Below are positions 30,590 to 39,963 of a stretch of DNA of 64,000 nt, in pieces. Positions within the stretch are counted from its first letter, which is position 1. Each line of letters begins with the position of its first letter. A program made the position numbers and the translations under genes. Below the pieces are notes generated by a model. That model did not search any database. It was given only the letters and a program-made list of their open reading frames with translations, and was not told where the DNA came from. Origin of the DNA: Alphaproteobacteria bacterium (GTDB taxonomy: Bacteria > Pseudomonadota > Alphaproteobacteria > UBA828); contig CBDCCI010000002.1 in assembly GCA_965214705.1 (NCBI GenBank), positions 1,760,001 to 1,824,000 on the forward strand. Reading direction: 5' to 3'.

Positions 30590-31148
30590 CGATGCGTCAG
30601 AACCGACAAGGTCCGACAACAGTCCCCCCGGCCGCCGCGCCGCGACCGCTCCTGCGCCCGCTTCGTGCTGCCCGGCGGCGAAACATCGTCGCGAGCCCCT
30701 GCACAGCCGCGTCGCAACCTGATAAGTGGAGATTCAGAGTGCCGGCGCCGCCAGCGACACCAACAGGTTGCACCGCTTCGGCCTAATCGGCTCCCACCCA
30801 GCGGTTACTTTCCCCATAGCCCGGCACTACGGCCGTGCAGCGCGGCTCAGCTCAATGCCTGTATCGGTCCTGCTGCGCACGACCGATACAGGCCAATTCA
30901 TTATGTGCAGTTGAACATAAGACGGAGGCCGCTCCTGGGCTCGGTCGGGCTGATCCTGCGCGACAGGTAGCGGCGCAGGAACTCCTTCTCCCAGGCGCGG
31001 GTGCGCTTGAGCGCCCGAGTCAGCTCCGGCTCTTCCATCGTCATCATCACGATGTAGGGTAAGCGGTATCGAGGCCCCATACTTCCAACGCATCTGATTT
31101 CGCGGCTGACTCTTGGCCTTGGCAAGGAGCCTTGGAGGAGGCATCGCG

Positions 31149-31751
31149 ATGAAGGATTTGGATTTTCTGCGTGGCCACGAGTTCGGCGGTCACTCGGTCG
31201 AGGCGCGAGCGCCTGAAGAGGCCGCCCCATCTGCCGCAGCCCCATCTACGGCAACTGTTCCGGCTGATCACACTCGGCGGTCATGGTCCGCCGAGGAGAA
31301 GGCACGGATCGTCGCGGAGAGCGACAGGCCGGGAGTTGTGCAGAAGGAGGTCGCGGCTCGCCACGGCATCAGCGCACAAACTCTTCGTCAGTGGCGCAGT
31401 CGGTCAGCGGCTTCCGGGAAGCGGCGTGGCCGGCCTTGGCCGGCTGATGTGAAGGCGCGGATTGTTGCGGAGAGCGAGCGCCCGGATGCATCGATATCGG
31501 CAGTTGCCCGCCGTCACGGCATCAGCGAGAAGACGCTGCGCACCTGGCGTCGCCAGGCGGCGAGTGACGCTGGTGGCGATCGGCAGGGAGCCGGGTCTTC
31601 GCCCCCCTATATTCCGGTTGTAGTTGACGGGTCTGCGTCCGAGCGGACGGTCGCGATTGAGGCGCTGGGCGTCGTCGTTCGCCTTCCGGTGGAGAGCGCG
31701 GTCGATCGGATCGTGGCTGTGGCCTCGGGCCTGGGTCGTGCGTCGTCATGA
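31149..31751 (+). CDS. tnpA: IS66 TnpA with two tandem HTH repeats
   Basis: W...EKARIVAES..VAARHGIS..L..WR occurs twice. Confidence 0.88.
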   Translation: MKDLDFLRGHEFGGHSVEARAPEEAAPSAAAPSTATVPADHTRRSWSAEEKARIVAESDRPGVVQKEVAARHGISAQTLRQWRSRSAASGKRRGRPWPADVKARIVAESERPDASISAVARRHGISEKTLRTWRRQAASDAGGDRQGAGSSPPYIPVVVDGSASERTVAIEALGVVVRLPVESAVDRIVAVASGLGRASS

Positions 31752-32098
31752 TCGCGGTGCCCTCGCTTCGCATCGTGTTGGCGACGCGTCCGGTTGATTT
31801 TCGTCGCGGCCACGACGCGCTTGCGGCGACGGCGGCGAGGGAGCTGGACCTCGATATCTATTCCGGGGTGATCGTGATCTTCCGCTCGCGCCGCGGGGAC
31901 AGGCTCAAGCTTCTCACCTGGGACGGGACCGGTCTGGTGATGACCTACAAGCGTCTGGAGCAAGGCCGCTTCGCCTGGCCCCGGATCGAGGACGGTGTGA
32001 TTCGCCTTACGAAGGGCCAGTTCGAGGCTCTCTTCGAGGGCCTCGACTGGCGCCGGGTGAAGGCCCGCCCGGTTCGCCGCCCGCTGGCGGCGGAGTGA
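31748..32098 (+). CDS. tnpB: IS66 accessory protein TnpB
   Basis: Near-identical to 14445-14795. Confidence 0.95.
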   Translation: MIAVPSLRIVLATRPVDFRRGHDALAATAARELDLDIYSGVIVIFRSRRGDRLKLLTWDGTGLVMTYKRLEQGRFAWPRIEDGVIRLTKGQFEALFEGLDWRRVKARPVRRPLAAE

Positions 32099-32182
32099 GG
32101 CGAGACGCAGGCGGGTCCGCAGATTTTTGTCGAGGTCCCGCCTGCACTTTTCCCTGGTCACGCATTGGCGAATCGGATTAAG

Positions 32183-34274
32183 CCGAACTTCCAGTGTGGG
32201 ATAGTCAAAGAACCGTTGTGCGGCAGGGGTTTCGGCGAGTTTCGAAGCGACGATTACTGGACAGGTTTGGCGGTGGTCATCCCCTTTTCGGTGAGCGCGG
32301 GCGCAGGATGGGGCCGCAGCCCGAGCAATGCGAACGCCCTTTCCTGCAGTTCGGTCGGCTTGGTCAGGGCGGGCACGGCGAAGTCGGTTCCGGTGGCGAT
32401 CTCAGTGGCAGCAAGCGTGCCGAGATGGCCGAGGAGATCGCGGAAGTCGCACACCGCAAGTCCATCATCCGTCTTTCGGCGCTTGTCCTTGCGCCGGGCC
32501 TTTTCCGAGCGTTCCGGCGGCGCCACCGGGTTCGCGGACAGCGGCGCTCCGTCCTCCTCGGCGAACAGCAGCGGCGCCAGCCTGCGGCGCATGTGCCACT
32601 CGACATACCAAGCCAGCATGCAGATCAGAAGATGCGCCCGTACTCGGTCGTCGCGCCAGTGGAAGATCGGGCGGATCCGCAACGACACCGTCTTGAGCGA
32701 GCGGAAGGCGCGCTCGACGCGTGACAGGCTCTTGTAGACGCGGACCGCCTCGACGTCCTCGATCTCGTCCTCGTCCACGTTGGTGCGTATGACGTAGAGA
32801 CCGTCGAGGGCGGCCTCGGCGTCGATCGACGCCCGGTCGCGTTCGCAACTGAAGGTGCCGCTGCCCTCGTCGAATTCGAAGCGGAAGTGCTTGGCCATCT
32901 TGCGGCGGCGCAAGGTTCCCAGCCGACGGTTCAACTCGTCGCGGTCGATGTCGCCGGCGGCGTGGCGCGCGGCGAAATCGCGCGCGTCCGTCTCGGTCGC
33001 ATTGAGCAGCCCGTCGCGGTTGCGCTTGCGCTCGGCCGCCAGAACCGGGTTGTAGCAGACGATCAGCCTCTCGCCGGGATAGTCCGGCGTGGTCACCCGC
33101 GCGAGGCCCCAGGTGTCGAACAGGCCGGGCGTGACATGCCCCCGGTCGACGAGCTTGCGGATCGAGGATGCGCGCAGCGCCGTGATCCAGTCGATGCCGT
33201 TGGGCGCGAGGTCGCGGTCGATGCGGGTCTGCGCGATCATGCCGCGGTCCCCCACCAACACCACCCGCCGGATGCCGAAGCTGTCGCGGACCTTGCGCAC
33301 CTGGCTGGCCAGAGTCATCGGGTCGCCGGTGTTGCCGGCGAAGGCCTCGATCGAGACCGGACAGCCATCGCGGGTGCAGAGGAGGCCGTAGACGATCTGC
33401 GGGCGGTCGCCCCGGCGATCCCTCGAATAGCCGCGCTTCGCCATGGGGCAGGCGTTGCCCTCCATGTAGCTCGAGGACACGTCGTAGAGGACGAGATCGT
33501 CCTCTCCGAGATGGCGCCGGGCGAGCTTGCGCTCGATCGCGCCCTGTCGCGCGCCCAGCCAGTCCATGGCGGCGTAGAGTTCGTCGACGCTGACGCCTTC
33601 GACGCCGAGCAGGGCGGCGAGGGTGGTTGTGCCGGCCGCTCCCAGTTCGCGCTCGACGCGCAGCTTGGCGCCGGGCCGGATCAGGCGGGCGACGATCATG
33701 GCGATGACGAGGGCCCTGCGGCGATCGGGCCGGTGGAAGATGACGCGGTCGAGGCCGATGTCGCGAAGGGTGCCGAGAACGGCGCTGACGGCGCCGTGCG
33801 CCCGGCTGGCGCGCAGTTCGACGTCGGCGCTGTCGGGATTGAGGGCGGGTCCGCGCTTGAGGGCGCGTTTGAGGGCTTCGATGGCGTGTTCCGGGAGGGC
33901 GGAGAGGTTGCACAGGGTGCGCTTCTTGGGTTTTCCGTCCTGCCAGTAGGACTGTCTGAGGAGGTGGCAGCGGGAGTTTCCGGACCGGGTGGTTTCGATG
34001 TGCATATCGATCTGCCTAGCGAATCGCGGCAATCATATCGGAAAGGCTTGGGAATGCGGAGCAATTATCGTAACGAGAAAACTATCTACTGACTAGTATT
34101 CAGGTTTTGGTGGATGCGCCGGGACGGCGTGATCCAGCGCTGGAGCGCCGAATCGCGGCGGTTTCGGCGATCATTTCGGGAATTTCGCGCCAAACCGGGC
34201 GCTAAACTGCGCAGAAAGGGCGGAAACAGGCAAAATCCGGCCAGATCGGCAATCAGATGCTAACGGAAGTTCGG
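32183..34274 (-). mobile_element. IS1634-family element 2
   Basis: TIR CCGAACTTCC/GGAAGTTCGG; 6-bp TSD ATTAAG (32177-32182, 34275-34280); empty site visible in IS66 copy 1. Confidence 0.93.
32254..34005 (-). CDS. IS1634-family transposase
   Basis: LYDVSSSYMEG, GYSRDRR, VGDRGMI, VERAFRSLK..LRIRPIFH. Confidence 0.95.
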   Translation of the reverse strand: MHIETTRSGNSRCHLLRQSYWQDGKPKKRTLCNLSALPEHAIEALKRALKRGPALNPDSADVELRASRAHGAVSAVLGTLRDIGLDRVIFHRPDRRRALVIAMIVARLIRPGAKLRVERELGAAGTTTLAALLGVEGVSVDELYAAMDWLGARQGAIERKLARRHLGEDDLVLYDVSSSYMEGNACPMAKRGYSRDRRGDRPQIVYGLLCTRDGCPVSIEAFAGNTGDPMTLASQVRKVRDSFGIRRVVLVGDRGMIAQTRIDRDLAPNGIDWITALRASSIRKLVDRGHVTPGLFDTWGLARVTTPDYPGERLIVCYNPVLAAERKRNRDGLLNATETDARDFAARHAAGDIDRDELNRRLGTLRRRKMAKHFRFEFDEGSGTFSCERDRASIDAEAALDGLYVIRTNVDEDEIEDVEAVRVYKSLSRVERAFRSLKTVSLRIRPIFHWRDDRVRAHLLICMLAWYVEWHMRRRLAPLLFAEEDGAPLSANPVAPPERSEKARRKDKRRKTDDGLAVCDFRDLLGHLGTLAATEIATGTDFAVPALTKPTELQERAFALLGLRPHPAPALTEKGMTTAKPVQ

Positions 34275-34289
34275 ATTAAGGGATCGGCC

Positions 34290-36005
34290 ATGCCGAAGGT
34301 CACGCCCTCACCCCTCAGCAGCGCCGGTTTGCCGTCGCCTGCGGTGGTTTCGGCGGCGCTGGCGACCCTGCAGGCGGAGCTTGCCGAGGAGCGCGCGGCG
34401 CGCCGTGCGACCGAAGCAGCCCTATGCGAAGCGGAGCAGGCACGCGGCGCGGCGGAGGCGGCGAGGCAGACGGCGGAAGCGCGGGCGGCACGGCTGGAGG
34501 CCGAGAACGCGCACAGCGCGGAGCAGATCAGCCGGCTTGAGCATCTCAACAAGGAGCTCAGGAAGGCGCTGTTCGGTCCGCGCTCCGAGAAGCTCAACGA
34601 GGACGAGCGCCAGCTTACGTTCGAGGAGTTTTGGGCGGCGATCGCTGAAGCCGGCGGTCGGCCCGAGGCAGATGACCAGGAGCAGGACGAGGGGGCTGGC
34701 GGCAAGCGCCGGCGGCGCTCTTCCCGGGGGTCGCGCAGCGGGGTGCGCTTCGGGCCCCAGGTCGACCGGCGCGAGGAGGTGATCGAGCCGGACACGATCA
34801 TGTGCCCCTGCGGCTGCGGCGAGATGACGAAGATCGGCGAGGACCGCAGCGAGCGGCTGGACTATGAGCCGGCGAAGTTCACCGTCATCGAGACCGTGCG
34901 CCCCCGCTACGCCTGCAACAAGTGCAAGGGCGGCGGGGTGGTGCAGGCGTCGGCGCCCGCCTCTCTGGTGGAGGGCGGCCTTCCCACCGAGGCTCTTCTG
35001 GCGCAGGTGCTGATCGCGAAGTACGGCGATCATTGCCCGCTCTACCGTCAGTCGCAGATTTACGAGCGCTCGGGGATCGAGGTTCACCGTGCGACGCTGG
35101 CGACGTGGGTGGGGCAGGCGTCGTTTCACCTGCGCCCCGTGGTCGCTTGCCTGAAGGATGAGCTGAAGAAGTCGGATCACCTGGGTCTGGACGAGACCAC
35201 GATCCGCGTTCTCGACCCGGGCCGGGGCAAGACGAAGACGGGCTACATGTGGACCCTTGTGCGCGACGAGCGCCACTGGAGCGGCGCCGACCCGCCGGGC
35301 GTTGTCTATCGCTATGAGCCCGGTCGCGGCGGCAAGTATGGCGCCAGGCTCTTGAAGGGCTTTTCGGGGACGGTGCAGCTCGACGCCTACTCGGGCCACA
35401 ACATCCTGGCGCGGCCGGACCGGCCCGGCGGCCCCGTGACGCGGGCTCTGTGCTGGGCGCACGTCAGGCGCAAGCTGAAAGAGGTGTACGACTCGAGCGC
35501 CTCGCCGATCGCGCTGGCTGGCCTGAAGCGGATCGCGACGCTCTATGCGATCGAGGAGAAGATCCGGGGCGAGCCGCCGGCGACGCGTCAGGCGATCCGC
35601 TGGGAGGAGTCGGCGCCGATCGTGAACGCCTTCGGTGTCTGGCTCGACGAACAGCGCTCGCGGGTCTCACCGCGCTCGCGTCTCGGCGAGAAGCTCACCT
35701 ATATCGCCAACCAGTGGGACGGGCTGCTGGAGTTCCTGCACGACGGCCGCGTCGAGATCGACTCGAACCTGGTGGAAAACCGAATCCGCCCGCTGAAGCT
35801 CACCGCCAAGAATGCGCTCTTCGCCGGCAACGACGAGGGTGCGCAAGCCTGGGCCCGCATCGCATCGCTGATCGAGACCTGCAAGATGAACGGCGTCGAG
35901 CCTTACGCCTGGATGCGGAGCACGCTCGAGAAGATCGCCAAGGGTCACCCGCAGTCCAAAATCCAGGAACTGCTGCCGTGGAACTTCGAGCCCGAGACAA
36001 ATTGA
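34290..36005 (+). CDS. tnpC: IS66 transposase TnpC
   Basis: Same motifs and length as 12636-14351. Confidence 0.95.
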   Translation: MPKVTPSPLSSAGLPSPAVVSAALATLQAELAEERAARRATEAALCEAEQARGAAEAARQTAEARAARLEAENAHSAEQISRLEHLNKELRKALFGPRSEKLNEDERQLTFEEFWAAIAEAGGRPEADDQEQDEGAGGKRRRRSSRGSRSGVRFGPQVDRREEVIEPDTIMCPCGCGEMTKIGEDRSERLDYEPAKFTVIETVRPRYACNKCKGGGVVQASAPASLVEGGLPTEALLAQVLIAKYGDHCPLYRQSQIYERSGIEVHRATLATWVGQASFHLRPVVACLKDELKKSDHLGLDETTIRVLDPGRGKTKTGYMWTLVRDERHWSGADPPGVVYRYEPGRGGKYGARLLKGFSGTVQLDAYSGHNILARPDRPGGPVTRALCWAHVRRKLKEVYDSSASPIALAGLKRIATLYAIEEKIRGEPPATRQAIRWEESAPIVNAFGVWLDEQRSRVSPRSRLGEKLTYIANQWDGLLEFLHDGRVEIDSNLVENRIRPLKLTAKNALFAGNDEGAQAWARIASLIETCKMNGVEPYAWMRSTLEKIAKGHPQSKIQELLPWNFEPETN

Positions 36006-36639
36006 CTCGCGCGCTCACGGCGCTCCTCAACAAGTCCCCCTCGTAGTCAACCCAGATTCCGGCATGGGGTCTGCGTAACGCTTACGATGTAGGCGTAGTT
36101 CTCGGCGGCGGCGCCGATCTCCTGCAGGTTGGCCTCGGGGTCGCCGGCGATGATCGTCGCGGTACTGAGAAAGAAGATCGCTTCCTCGTCGTCCTTCGGC
36201 ACGCCGAGGCCGCGCGCATAGAGCACGCCGAGATTGAAGCGGCTGGCTGCATCGTCCTGCTCGGCCGCGCGCCTGAACCACTCCGCCGCCGCCTCGTAGT
36301 CGCGCTCGACACCGAGGCCGCCGGCATAGATGGTGCCCATGTTGAACTGCCCGGTGACGTCGCCCTGCTCGGCGGCGCGCCGGGTCCAGCGCAACGCCTT
36401 GGCATAGTCGACCGCGACCCCCTGGCCGTGGATGTAGAGGCTGCCGATCGCCGCCTGCGCCCGCGCGTCGCCCGCTTCGGCGAGCGGCTGCCATGCCTCG
36501 AGCGCAGCGGCTATATCGCCCCGCTCGAAGGCGGCCTGGCCCGTGCCCCAGTCCGCGGCGGCGGGCCCGGTGCCAAGCGCGAGCGCCGCAACGAAGAGGA
36601 CCGCGAGCGACAAGCGTGTGCGCCGGCGCATTCGCCTGT

Positions 36640-38184
36640 TCACTCCCATTCGATCGTTCCCGGCGGTTTCGAGGTCACGTCGTAGACCACGCGGTTGATG
36701 CCCTTCACCTCGTTGACGATGCGATTCGCGACACCGCCGAGGAAGCCCATGTCGAAGTGGTAGAAGTCGGCGGTCATGCCGTCTGCCGAGGTGACGGCGC
36801 GGAGTGCACAGACGTGCTCGTAGGTGCGCGCGTCGCCCATCACGCCCACCGTCTGGACCGGAAGGAGCACTGCGAAGGCCTGCCAGATGGCGTCGTAGAG
36901 GCCGGCGCTCCGGATTTCCTCGATGAAGATGGCGTCGGCCTGCTGCAGGACCGCGACCTTCTCCGCCGTCACCTCGCCGGGGATGCGGATCGCGAGGCCG
37001 GGGCCGGGGAAGGGGTGGCGCCCGGTCAGCGCTTCGGGCATCCCGAGAGCGCGGCCGAGGTCGCGCACCTCGTCCTTGAAGAGCGAGCGCAGCGGCTCGA
37101 CCAGGCTGAGGTTCATCCGCTCAGGCAGCCCGCCGACATTGTGGTGGGACTTGATTACGACGCTCGGCCCGCTGACGGAGACCGATTCGATCACATCCGG
37201 GTAGAGCGTTCCCTGGGCCAGGAAGTCGGCATCGCCGGCGCCACGCGCGGCCTCCTCGAACACGTCGATGAAGGTGGCGCCGATGATCTTGCGCTTCTCC
37301 TCGGGCTCGGTGACGCCGGCGAGCCGTTCCAGGAACACGGCCTGCGCATCCTCGTGGACAAGCGGGATGTTGTAGCTGCCGCGAAAGAGACTGGTGACCT
37401 CCTCGGCCTCGCCCTGGCGCATCAGGCCGGTGTCGACGAACACGCAAGTGAGCTGGTCCCCGATCGCCTCGTGCAAGAGCACCGCCACCACCGAGGAATC
37501 GACGCCGCCTGAGAGCCCGCAAATCACCCGTCCGTCGCCGACCTGTGCCCGAATCGCCTCGATGGCGCTGGCGCGGAACGAGGCCATCGTCCAGGTGCCT
37601 TGGCACCCCGCGACCCTGCGCGCAAAGTTCTGCAGCAGCGCCGCGCCGTGGGGCGTGTGCACCACCTCCGGGTGGAACTGGATACCGTAGAAGTGGCGCG
37701 CATCGTCCGCGATAGCCGCGAAGGGGGCCGAGTCGGTGCGGGCGACCACGCGAAAGCCCTCCGGCACCGCCGCCACCGCGTCGCCGTGGCTCATCCAGAC
37801 TTGCTCGCGCGCGCCCACCTGCCAGACGCCATCGAAGAGCAGGCAGGGCTCGACGATATCGAGGTGCGCCCGGCCGAATTCGCGCTGTGAGGTGGATTCC
37901 ACGGCGCCACCGAGTGCCGCGCACATCGCCTGCTGGCCGTAGCAGATGCCGAGAAGCGGAATGCCGAGCGCGTAGATCGCCTCGTCGGGGCGGGGCGCCT
38001 CGACCTTGGTAACGGACGCCGGGCCGCCCGAGAGGATGACGCCTTGGGGCGCCAGGCGCTCGATCTCTGCTGCCGGAGTCGTGAAGGGCCTGATCTCGCA
38101 GTAGACCCCGGCCTCGCGCACCCGGCGGGCGATCAGCTGGGTCACCTGCGAGCCGAAGTCGAGGATCAGGATTTGCTCGGTCAT
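36640..38184 (-). CDS. guaA: GMP synthase (glutamine-hydrolysing)
   Basis: [46 protein letters not shown]. Confidence 0.99.
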   Translation of the reverse strand: MTEQILILDFGSQVTQLIARRVREAGVYCEIRPFTTPAAEIERLAPQGVILSGGPASVTKVEAPRPDEAIYALGIPLLGICYGQQAMCAALGGAVESTSQREFGRAHLDIVEPCLLFDGVWQVGAREQVWMSHGDAVAAVPEGFRVVARTDSAPFAAIADDARHFYGIQFHPEVVHTPHGAALLQNFARRVAGCQGTWTMASFRASAIEAIRAQVGDGRVICGLSGGVDSSVVAVLLHEAIGDQLTCVFVDTGLMRQGEAEEVTSLFRGSYNIPLVHEDAQAVFLERLAGVTEPEEKRKIIGATFIDVFEEAARGAGDADFLAQGTLYPDVIESVSVSGPSVVIKSHHNVGGLPERMNLSLVEPLRSLFKDEVRDLGRALGMPEALTGRHPFPGPGLAIRIPGEVTAEKVAVLQQADAIFIEEIRSAGLYDAIWQAFAVLLPVQTVGVMGDARTYEHVCALRAVTSADGMTADFYHFDMGFLGGVANRIVNEVKGINRVVYDVTSKPPGTIEWE

Positions 38185-38278
38185 GAGTCGGTCTTAGGCG
38201 CGACCCTCAGCGTGCGATGGACTGCGATGCGGTTGCCGCCTATCGTAAAGCGGCACGGGAAGCGGAAAGGTCGCGGTC

Positions 38279-39433
38279 GTGGATAGCACGGCACTTGCCG
38301 AGCCAAAAGTGCCAGCGAAGGCATGGCTCAGGCGGACGGCGATCGCATGCGGTGTGCTGGCGGCCATGGCGTGCGCCGATGCGCTCGCCGGTGACCCGAT
38401 CACGGACGCACTCTCCCTGGTCGCCCAGGAGCGCTACGCGGAAGCGCACGAAGCGCTCGAACCGCTGGTCGAGCGCGAGCCCAATGCGCCCGGCGTGCGG
38501 CTGATTCAAGGCATCCTGAATGCGCGCGAGGGAAACTTCGCCGAGGCGATCGCCATATTCGAAAGCCTTCGAGACGATCATCCCACGATGTTCGAGGCGC
38601 ACAACAACCTTGCCGTGCTCTACGCCAAACTCGGACGGTTGAACGATGCGCGGGAGACGCTCATCGCGGCACTGGAGCTGAGACCCGACGCGGTCGTGTA
38701 CGCCAATCTCGGCGACGTCTATTTGCAGCTCGCGGAGAAGGCCTACATGCGCGCCCATGAGCTTCGCGTGGAGGGCTCTCCAGCGGCTGAGGGGAGCGAA
38801 CAGGCCGCGGCGAGCCCAGAGCCGGCAGCGACGGCGGAAGAGCCTGCCGCAGTTCAGATAACGCAGGACGAAGAGCCTGCCGCAGTTCCGACGACGCAGG
38901 CCGAAACGAAAGTGGAGACCGCAGAGGCGGAGAAGCCCGAAGTGTCGCCTGCCCAAGCGTCGATCGAGAACTGCGTTCGCGCGGAATGGTTCAAGAATTC
39001 CGATGCTGCTTACGAGGCGGCGGCCTGGATGCGCGCGCGCGGAGCGACGGAAATCAAGGTGCGCCAGGAGGAGCGCGAGGCGGTCAAGAACCACCACGTG
39101 TATATTCCGCCGCTTGCGAGCCGCGCGGCCGCTTCCGAAGTGGCGGACGAGCTTCGAAGCCGGGGCGTCAGCGACATCTGGATCTTCCGTGAAGGTGCGC
39201 GGGCCAACGGGATATCGCTGGGCGTCTTCCGGAACGAGCGTTACATGCGCCGCCGCGTCGCCGAGATCAGGGCGCTGGGCTATCCGGTCGTGTCCGCGCC
39301 GAATATGAAGGCCGTCAACGTCCATGTGATCGAGGCGGGCCTGGAAGGCGACCGCTCCGCCTTCGACGAAGCCTGGAAGACGGCGTTCCCGGAACAGGCC
39401 ATCCGCACCATCGATTGCGCCGGACAGGGCTGA
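38279..39433 (+). CDS. Exported TPR + SPOR-like domain protein
   Basis: Signal peptide, TPR (NNLAVLYA..NLGDVY), low-complexity linker, VYIPP..ISLGVF SPOR-like C-terminus. Confidence 0.75.
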   Translation: MDSTALAEPKVPAKAWLRRTAIACGVLAAMACADALAGDPITDALSLVAQERYAEAHEALEPLVEREPNAPGVRLIQGILNAREGNFAEAIAIFESLRDDHPTMFEAHNNLAVLYAKLGRLNDARETLIAALELRPDAVVYANLGDVYLQLAEKAYMRAHELRVEGSPAAEGSEQAAASPEPAATAEEPAAVQITQDEEPAAVPTTQAETKVETAEAEKPEVSPAQASIENCVRAEWFKNSDAAYEAAAWMRARGATEIKVRQEEREAVKNHHVYIPPLASRAAASEVADELRSRGVSDIWIFREGARANGISLGVFRNERYMRRRVAEIRALGYPVVSAPNMKAVNVHVIEAGLEGDRSAFDEAWKTAFPEQAIRTIDCAGQG

Positions 39434-39551
39434 GGCGCCGTCCAGCACCATCCCAGCGTTCACGACTCCCTTCGGATCGTTCGTCCGGAGCATCGGAACG
39501 CGTATGCTGTCGGCAGCGAGAAGGGGGACGGAGAGCGGGGCGGGCATTCCG

Positions 39552-39812
39552 ATGGAACGATGCAACCCGCACGCGTGGCGGACGCCGGTCGTCGGCGATA
39601 CAGCGCTCGTCTGCGACGTCTGTGAATACCGGATGGACCTCGCGCGCGACATCACTGCCGAGGCGCAGGCGGAGATTCTGCGTGAATACCGCCGGCACAA
39701 CGGGCCCATCGTGGGCGGTCACTTCGAGATGGCGCTGGAGGCTGCCCTGGCGGCTGCACGGGAGCGTGCCTCGGATGTCAATCCAGAGTCATCGGAGGAG
39801 GTGGGCGCGTAG
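39552..39812 (+). CDS. Small hypothetical protein with CxxH and CxxC
   Basis: ORF fills the intergenic space; MERCNPH..CDVC. Confidence 0.55.
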   Translation: MERCNPHAWRTPVVGDTALVCDVCEYRMDLARDITAEAQAEILREYRRHNGPIVGGHFEMALEAALAAARERASDVNPESSEEVGA

Positions 39813-39813
39813 C

Positions 39814-39957
39814 ATGAAGCGCTTCCTGAGGGACGCTGTCGTCGCGCTGTTCGTCGGCGCAGTCCTAGTGGCGCTGGCCATGTTCCTGAAGCAACCTGCC
39901 AACGACGACCCGTCAGGCGACGGCCCCACACCGGCCCAGGAGTCGCCGACACAGTAG
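39814..39957 (+). CDS. Small single-pass membrane protein (47 aa)
   Basis: GGAGGAGG upstream; MKR followed by a hydrophobic helix. Confidence 0.5.
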   Translation: MKRFLRDAVVALFVGAVLVALAMFLKQPANDDPSGDGPTPAQESPTQ

Positions 39958-39963
39958 GGCACC

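Larger units (their letters stand above)
27620..30900 (+). mobile_element. Second type of integrase + IS91-like transposase element (B), abutting A2
   Basis: IR TTGAACTGAGCCGCG (27620-27634) / CGCGGCTCAGCTCAA (30841-30855), 14/15, followed by a 13-bp hairpin at 30857-30893. Right limit approximate. Confidence 0.85.
31059..36085 (+). mobile_element. IS66-family element 2 (carries an IS1634 insertion)
   Basis: GTAAGCG/CGCTTAC ends; 8-bp TSD GATGTAGG at 31051-31058 and 36086-36093. Confidence 0.95.
30901..36649 (-). pseudogene. Sel1/TPR-repeat periplasmic protein interrupted by IS66 (36649-36086 joined to 31050-30901)
   Basis: A..G...AQ..LG.Y..G.GV repeats; TSD GATGTAGG; join reads YAYIVMMTMEE, 714 nt in frame. 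Confidence 0.88.

Noticed and set aside
30895-30935. dif/Xer site (TTATGTTCAAC resembles a XerD arm)
   Set aside because: No XerC-like arm at 6-bp spacing; better explained as a mobile-element end.
36640-36700. Classical guaA 3'-end integrated island
   Set aside because: No duplicate of the guaA 3' end seen in the window and no integrase next to guaA; the Sel1 gene follows directly.
38837-38888. Direct repeat GAAGAGCCTGCCGCAGTTC x2
   Set aside because: Ordinary in-frame duplication in a low-complexity linker.
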